Assembly (NCBI GenBank): GCA_028687275.1
Contig: JAQUAK010000001.1
Span: 507,024-571,023 of the forward strand
Length of the DNA stretch: 64,000 nt
From: Patescibacteria group bacterium
Lineage (GTDB): Bacteria > Patescibacteriota > Patescibacteriia > Patescibacteriales > UBA12465
Direction of reading: 5' to 3'
Shown: positions 59,741 to 64,000 of the stretch, one piece after another
Layout: each line of letters opens with the position of its first letter
Position numbering within the stretch: position 1 is the stretch's first letter
Notes under the pieces: generated by a model
What the model was told of the DNA's origin: nothing
Seen by the model: only the letters and a program-made list of their open reading frames with translations
The model's database searches: none
Position numbers and translations under genes: made by a program

Positions 59741-59823
59741 TGGGCCGGGCTGGATTCGAACCCGCGAAGGCGTGAGCCAACAGATTTACAGTCTGTCCCG
59801 TTTGACCGCTTCGGTACCGACCC
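59741..59823 (-). tRNA. tRNA-Tyr (anticodon GTA), type II, no encoded CCA
   Basis: rc reads GGGTCGGTACCGAAGCGGTCAAACGGGACAGACTGTAAATCTGTTGGCTCACGCCTTCGCGGGTTCGAATCCAGCCCGGCCCA; 7-bp acceptor (one G-U), 3-bp D stem with 11-nt loop, anticodon loop CTGTAAA, long variable arm, T stem with one G-A mismatch. Confidence 0.75.
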
Positions 59824-59945
59824 ATATATATTCTTAAAAGCTGTTCTCATTATATAAAATATCTCACAATTGTCAAACAACCGCGATTAGTCTTTAAAAC
59901 TACGCGGTTGTTATTTATCAATAATTATCTAATTAAATTGTATCA

Positions 59946-60308
59946 CTAAGCGCCCACGCCGATAATGACGAAACGGACCAAACCATAGGCAGAGAAAATA
60001 ACTACCAAGCCAATAGCTGCCCAAATTAATATATCTCTTCCCTTTTTCACTTGTTCAGCACTACCAGAAGATGTCATCCAAATAAGACCGCCATAGACAA
60101 ACATAACCAAGGCCAAGGAACCAACTATACCTAAGACACTATTAATCACTTTACCAATTAAAGTTTGTGGACTATCAATACCAGCCGACTTAAGGGGGTT
60201 GGTGAGACAGGGAGTGCCTTCAGTGCAGACAGCTAAACCACTTGAGGCAAACATAAACAATCCCAACATTATCAATAAACTAATAGAGTAAAAACGAAGC
60301 AATTTCAT
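59946..60308 (-). CDS. Small secreted two-helix membrane protein, TrbC/VirB2-pilin-like
   Basis: 120 aa; signal peptide then two hydrophobic helices separated by a short loop. The topology is characteristic of T4SS pilins and of the pilin-like proteins common in reduced genomes; family identity is not confirmed. Confidence 0.35.
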   Translation of the reverse strand: MKLLRFYSISLLIMLGLFMFASSGLAVCTEGTPCLTNPLKSAGIDSPQTLIGKVINSVLGIVGSLALVMFVYGGLIWMTSSGSAEQVKKGRDILIWAAIGLVVIFSAYGLVRFVIIGVGA

Positions 60309-60396
60309 ATAAGTATAATTAATGTAACAATTTTATTATATCAATAATTCAAGAAAATAAAAAGAGGTATTACTACAAGTAGCAATACCTCAACTA

Positions 60397-61575
60397 TCAA
60401 AGCACTTTAATTGTGACCGTTTGGTCAACTAGCGATTTGATTTTTAATTTGTTATCATTTGGCAATACTGAAAGCTGCCAAAGATTTAATTGACGATAAT
60501 CTTCATACATCAGAACCGCCTTATCACTTTCGTCGGTGCTTATACAGAAGTTACTACTCAGAATATGAAACTTTTTTGAAGTCTCACCGGCAACCATAAA
60601 AAAATTATGGGTGCCTATTCCTAGACTTACTAACTCTTCAGCTCCTACTGGGGAGGTGGCTTGAGCGACCTCTACTGAGCTTAAGGCTGCCATTGTTCCA
60701 ATCTGTAAAAGATTGGATTCAATCCAATAGCAGTTGCCGTTAACGTATGTGCCCTGTGCATTAGGCATTCTTATTTCAGTGAAAGATTGTCCTTGAAACA
60801 AGTAGACATCTTTTTTCTGATTACATAGCAATACTATATCCCCTTTTAACAGAGGTATAGGCATCATAGTGAGACTGACAATACTGTCGCCATTGATCTG
60901 AGCATTATAGACAACTTTCGTGTCTTTAATGATCTTAGCAAAGGTGGCGGCCGCATTTGTTTCTTTGCGGAAAGCGCCACGATCATTGGCAGTGGTAAAA
61001 ATTGCACCAATGGCATTGCGGTGACGTTCAGTCGCCCTAAAGCTATCAGGAGCAATAATTTTCCACGCACCAATGAGGCACATAATAAGAACCAGTGGCA
61101 TAACGATCTTTTCAAGCAGATTAAACTTACTGCTTAACATTGCCAGAAAGATGGCGACCAAGGCGGCAATCAGGGTTGTCTTCATCGTGAATACGTCTGG
61201 CGTCATCATCGCCAGAAAGCCCAAGAAGGCTAGCCAGGCGAAGAACGACCTCACAGAAGCTGGGACCACCTTATCAGTAGTCTTAAAAATTTTTAAGACC
61301 ACTCCTAAGGGCAACCAAACGATAAAGAAAATCGAGATTGCAGTTAGGAAGACAAGACCAGAAAATATTGGTGACCCAATTATCAGAGCAAAGACGACCC
61401 ATTCAAACATTACTACAATTATACTACCGGCAATCAGAGCATAGGCCCTGGTGACACCAAAGATTATCATTGCTATGTCTGAAATAACTTTTACAAATCC
61501 GTTACGAAAAGGCTGAGAAACAATAACGCCAATAACTAAAACAGCGGTAACGATTATAAACAAAATCTGAAACAT
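60397..61575 (-). CDS. Hypothetical polytopic membrane protein (about 7 TM) with C-terminal soluble domain
   Basis: 392 aa; hydrophobic N-terminal 190 aa, C-terminal ~200-aa beta-rich domain. Confidence 0.45.
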   Translation of the reverse strand: MFQILFIIVTAVLVIGVIVSQPFRNGFVKVISDIAMIIFGVTRAYALIAGSIIVVMFEWVVFALIIGSPIFSGLVFLTAISIFFIVWLPLGVVLKIFKTTDKVVPASVRSFFAWLAFLGFLAMMTPDVFTMKTTLIAALVAIFLAMLSSKFNLLEKIVMPLVLIMCLIGAWKIIAPDSFRATERHRNAIGAIFTTANDRGAFRKETNAAATFAKIIKDTKVVYNAQINGDSIVSLTMMPIPLLKGDIVLLCNQKKDVYLFQGQSFTEIRMPNAQGTYVNGNCYWIESNLLQIGTMAALSSVEVAQATSPVGAEELVSLGIGTHNFFMVAGETSKKFHILSSNFCISTDESDKAVLMYEDYRQLNLWQLSVLPNDNKLKIKSLVDQTVTIKVL

Positions 61576-61601
61576 TTTTATCTCCTTTCTTACTTAGTTA
61601 A

Positions 61602-62246
61602 TTACTTACGAAATTTATCAGCCCAACGGCTGAGGGTGTTGGGAGCTGACATATCATGGCCGATATTATCGTAACCAATCTTGGCATTAGCAGCCGCATT
61701 CTTTGCCGTGTCGAGCACAGCTTCAGCAGCACTTTTAATTTTAGCGACGGAAAAAGAGTCTCCGGTCGGATTATTCATATTTCCGGCCTTAATAGCGAGA
61801 GCGATTTGCTCGTCTGTCATTGTAGCCCATAGGGCGATGGTTTGAGCGCCAGCGATATTAGCGGTAAAAGTTCTTTTTTCAAAAACTTTTTTACCATCCT
61901 TATCCAAGCGAATAACATCCCCGTCCATAACGGGGAAATTGACTGTTACGTCTTTCTCATTTTTCCCGATAATTTGCACTATCCTTAGCTTGGTAGGGCG
62001 AGGGAAAGAATCTATTACCTGAAGAATTCTGACCAGATCGGCCGGAGTTACATTCAATTCGGTTACGGCATAAGCCTGAGCCGAATTAAAAAGATACTCA
62101 TCATCAGTACCTAAACCGAAAATGTTGGCCTTTATAAACTGGCCACCATGTTTTGTGGCCCCCTCCATAAGAGAGGACAACAATTTTTCGATCAATTCAT
62201 GACCGAGAACAATACCTCCGATAGAGGCGACATTTTTTAGATTCAT
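61602..62246 (-). CDS. Hypothetical protein (214 aa)
   Basis: ORF; no motif recognised. Confidence 0.45.
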   Translation of the reverse strand: MNLKNVASIGGIVLGHELIEKLLSSLMEGATKHGGQFIKANIFGLGTDDEYLFNSAQAYAVTELNVTPADLVRILQVIDSFPRPTKLRIVQIIGKNEKDVTVNFPVMDGDVIRLDKDGKKVFEKRTFTANIAGAQTIALWATMTDEQIALAIKAGNMNNPTGDSFSVAKIKSAAEAVLDTAKNAAANAKIGYDNIGHDMSAPNTLSRWADKFRK

Positions 62247-62464
62247 CTTTTTTCCCTGGCTTACTTTACTCGTCCGAGGGTTCCGTTTTTATGTTGGTTT
62301 ATATTTCAGTTTTCAAAGATCTATCTGATTGTTAGGCGTTTTCACCCTATCTTATCAGACCCCAAATTATATCACATATTTATTAATATGTCAATATTTA
62401 GTACTAATAAACCTTATATTAGTATAAAATAAGGCTATTATTTCATGAAATATTAAAATCATCA

Positions 62465-62493
62465 TTGACAAAATAAATCAATTATTTTATACT
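62465..62493 (+). promoter_or_regulatory. Consensus sigma70-type promoter TTGACA-N17-TATACT for the 62536-63425 two-gene operon
   Basis: Hexamers and spacer read directly; 42 nt upstream of the first ATG. Confidence 0.5.
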
Positions 62494-62535
62494 GACTGTA
62501 ATTCATTCATTCATTAACAAAAAAATACAAAAAAG

Positions 62536-62964
62536 ATGCCCAGCAGAAACAGATCCGCCGACACCGAAAGGATAAGGCAAAAACACCAAAAAGAAGCGGC
62601 CCAAAAAGCACCCATGGCTATTATCCTGAACCTGAAATCAGATGAGGATGATAAAATTTATTATGCCAAACAGATATTCATAAACGTCTTTGGCCGAATA
62701 TTGATTTTCTCTTATTCCCTCCCCTTAAACGGAAAATCTGGGGAGTTTGAGAGAATGACTAAACAGGCTGACTACCTTTTAATACTTGGGGACCCTAGCT
62801 CTGCCACGCCAGAGATAAATGAAAAGTTTGATATCATATTTAAAGCTAACTATGAAATTAAAATAATTAATCAGAGTGGCTTTAATTTTCCAGCCCTAAA
62901 TGGGAGAAAGACAACAGAAATCAAAAAATTAACCAAAACAGCAATCGAAAAAATAATATCATGA
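62536..62964 (+). CDS. Hypothetical protein (142 aa), first gene of a two-gene operon
   Basis: ORF; 4-nt ATGA overlap with the downstream gene; the start could instead be M27. Confidence 0.45.
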   Translation: MPSRNRSADTERIRQKHQKEAAQKAPMAIILNLKSDEDDKIYYAKQIFINVFGRILIFSYSLPLNGKSGEFERMTKQADYLLILGDPSSATPEINEKFDIIFKANYEIKIINQSGFNFPALNGRKTTEIKKLTKTAIEKIIS

Positions 62965-63425
62965 GAGAAAAAATAAAAAAATCGGCACACGTGATTTTTT
63001 GGCACAACCACTACCCTGCCAAAAGTCGCAACAATCCTTACTTCGGACGAGGTGGGGATATTCACAAAATAACTGAAAAGATGACCAAAAACAAACTTTG
63101 CTGGAAATTCATCGGTGGCTTCATTAATGATGAAAGAGATGATTTTTGGGAATCTATTGCTAAGGCAGACGTTCTGTTTTCCCTGCCGGCGAACATGGAC
63201 TATAACGACATAGGCATGCACTGGGATGGAGCAGAAAAGTCCATGCTAGATGTGCTAACAAAAGTAAAAGAAAGAAACCCTAATATAAAAGTATTTTTCT
63301 TTGAAAATGACGTACACCATCTTGAGGATGAGCTTTCTACCCTAGGAGAATTCATTACCGATCTACACGGTGATGAATCTGTAATTAAATATTTTAAAAA
63401 ATTTTTTGCAAAAGTAAAAAAGTAG
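62961..63425 (+). CDS. Hypothetical protein (154 aa); weak nucleoside-2-deoxyribosyltransferase-like (Rossmann-like) pattern
   Basis: SAHVIFWHNHYP ... IAKADVLFSLPANMDYNDIGMHWDGAEKSM resembles the NDT/SLOG pattern (ADLVVA...DSGTAFExG). The resemblance is weak and unconfirmed. Confidence 0.45.
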   Translation: MREKIKKSAHVIFWHNHYPAKSRNNPYFGRGGDIHKITEKMTKNKLCWKFIGGFINDERDDFWESIAKADVLFSLPANMDYNDIGMHWDGAEKSMLDVLTKVKERNPNIKVFFFENDVHHLEDELSTLGEFITDLHGDESVIKYFKKFFAKVKK

Positions 63426-63482
63426 AAAATAATTAAAAGCAAAACCACCTGTTACTAAAACAGGTGGTCTTTATTTTATCTG

Positions 63483-63555
63483 AGCCGTTTTCGGGATTTG
63501 AACCCGAGACCTTTTCCTTACCATGGAAATGCTCTACCAACTGAGCTAAAACGGC
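63483..63555 (-). tRNA. tRNA-Thr (anticodon GGT), no encoded CCA
   Basis: rc reads GCCGTTTTAGCTCAGTTGGTAGAGCATTTCCATGGTAAGGAAAAGGTCTCGGGTTCAAATCCCGAAAACGGCT; perfect cloverleaf, anticodon loop ATGGTAA. Confidence 0.85.
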
Positions 63556-63558
63556 AAA

Positions 63559-63969
63559 TCAAACTTTATCCTCCAATAAATCAATCTTGGCCTTTAATTC
63601 ATCTAGCTTCTGATTATCAGGATTAGCAGCCGCTAATTGCTCCCAAGAAGTTAAAGCCAATTTTTTATCTTTTCTAATTATACTTAAATCAAAAATTAAA
63701 TCAAGGTAGCGCGGATTATTTGGTGCAGCGTCTAAAGCCTGTCTTGTATATTCTAAAGATTCATCAAACAAACCTAATTCGAAACAAACCCAAGCTAAAG
63801 AGAAATGAATTTCAGCAATAATTACGCCCTCCAACATCTCTGGATCACGACTCACTTTTAAAGCCATCTTTAGGGCGTGCTCTAAAGTTGCTTTAGCTTC
63901 TTGAAAATTTTTACGTAAACGATACGATTCTGCTAAATCTAAAAAAGCCAATAGACGCTTAGAATCCAA
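63559..63969 (-). CDS. Tetratricopeptide-repeat protein
   Basis: 136 aa; three TPR-like helical pairs (W-LG-Y-A-F-A-P pattern, for example AEIHFSLAWVCFELGLFDESLEYTRQALDAAP). Confidence 0.65.
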   Translation of the reverse strand: MDSKRLLAFLDLAESYRLRKNFQEAKATLEHALKMALKVSRDPEMLEGVIIAEIHFSLAWVCFELGLFDESLEYTRQALDAAPNNPRYLDLIFDLSIIRKDKKLALTSWEQLAAANPDNQKLDELKAKIDLLEDKV

Positions 63970-64000
63970 ACTGATAATCTCAATTAAATTCTTTTCCGCT

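Noticed and set aside
1-64000. CRISPR arrays, integrases/transposases, rRNA genes
   Set aside because: No short direct-repeat/spacer periodicity, no DDE/tyrosine-recombinase motifs and no rRNA-like conserved stretches were seen on either strand.
1-64000. Alternative genetic code (UGA recoding as in Gracilibacteria/SR1-type lineages)
   Set aside because: All recognisable housekeeping genes are full length with the standard code and end at ordinary stops; no in-frame TGA is needed.

Overview
Low-GC (~35%), gene-dense window that is mostly minus-strand housekeeping genes, with the small gene sizes, fused domains and several oversized or unassignable proteins typical of a reduced genome (Patescibacteria/CPR-like; lineage is an inference). 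Protein calls rest on motifs read directly from the translations. tRNAs and several sub-60-aa genes absent from the ORF track were found by folding or translating the raw sequence by hand. No CRISPR array, integrase/transposase or rRNA was seen. Recognisable content: start of the dcw cluster (mraZ-rsmH), tsaB, dusB, cysS, rnhB, hisS, rarA, an orphan OmpR-type regulator, fused ADP-forming acetyl-CoA synthetase, two NUDIX hydrolases, TspO, an ECF sigma factor with a likely anti-sigma partner, a GH3-family ligase, CPA2 and CaCA antiporters, a MacAB-like efflux operon, a DEAD-box helicase, greA, an ABC-F ATPase, the complete Rrf2-sufCBD-sufS-sufU operon, rpmG, mutM, an AI-2E transporter, IMPDH/GMPR, a Pif1-like helicase, and five tRNAs (Val, Leu, Tyr, Thr). 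The strongest leads are: (1) two back-to-back minus-strand transcription units at 54.7-55.9 kb, each one small gene of unknown function wrapped in a duplicated near-consensus promoter and duplicated intrinsic terminator; (2) a same-strand Pif1-like helicase, DUF1294 protein, 56-aa micro-ORF and 1275-aa protein of unknown function; (3) an EamA transporter fused to a riboflavin-kinase domain; (4) a protein with an RGG box, two zinc ribbons and a histone-H1-like tail; (5) an unannotated 46-aa desulforedoxin-like gene.
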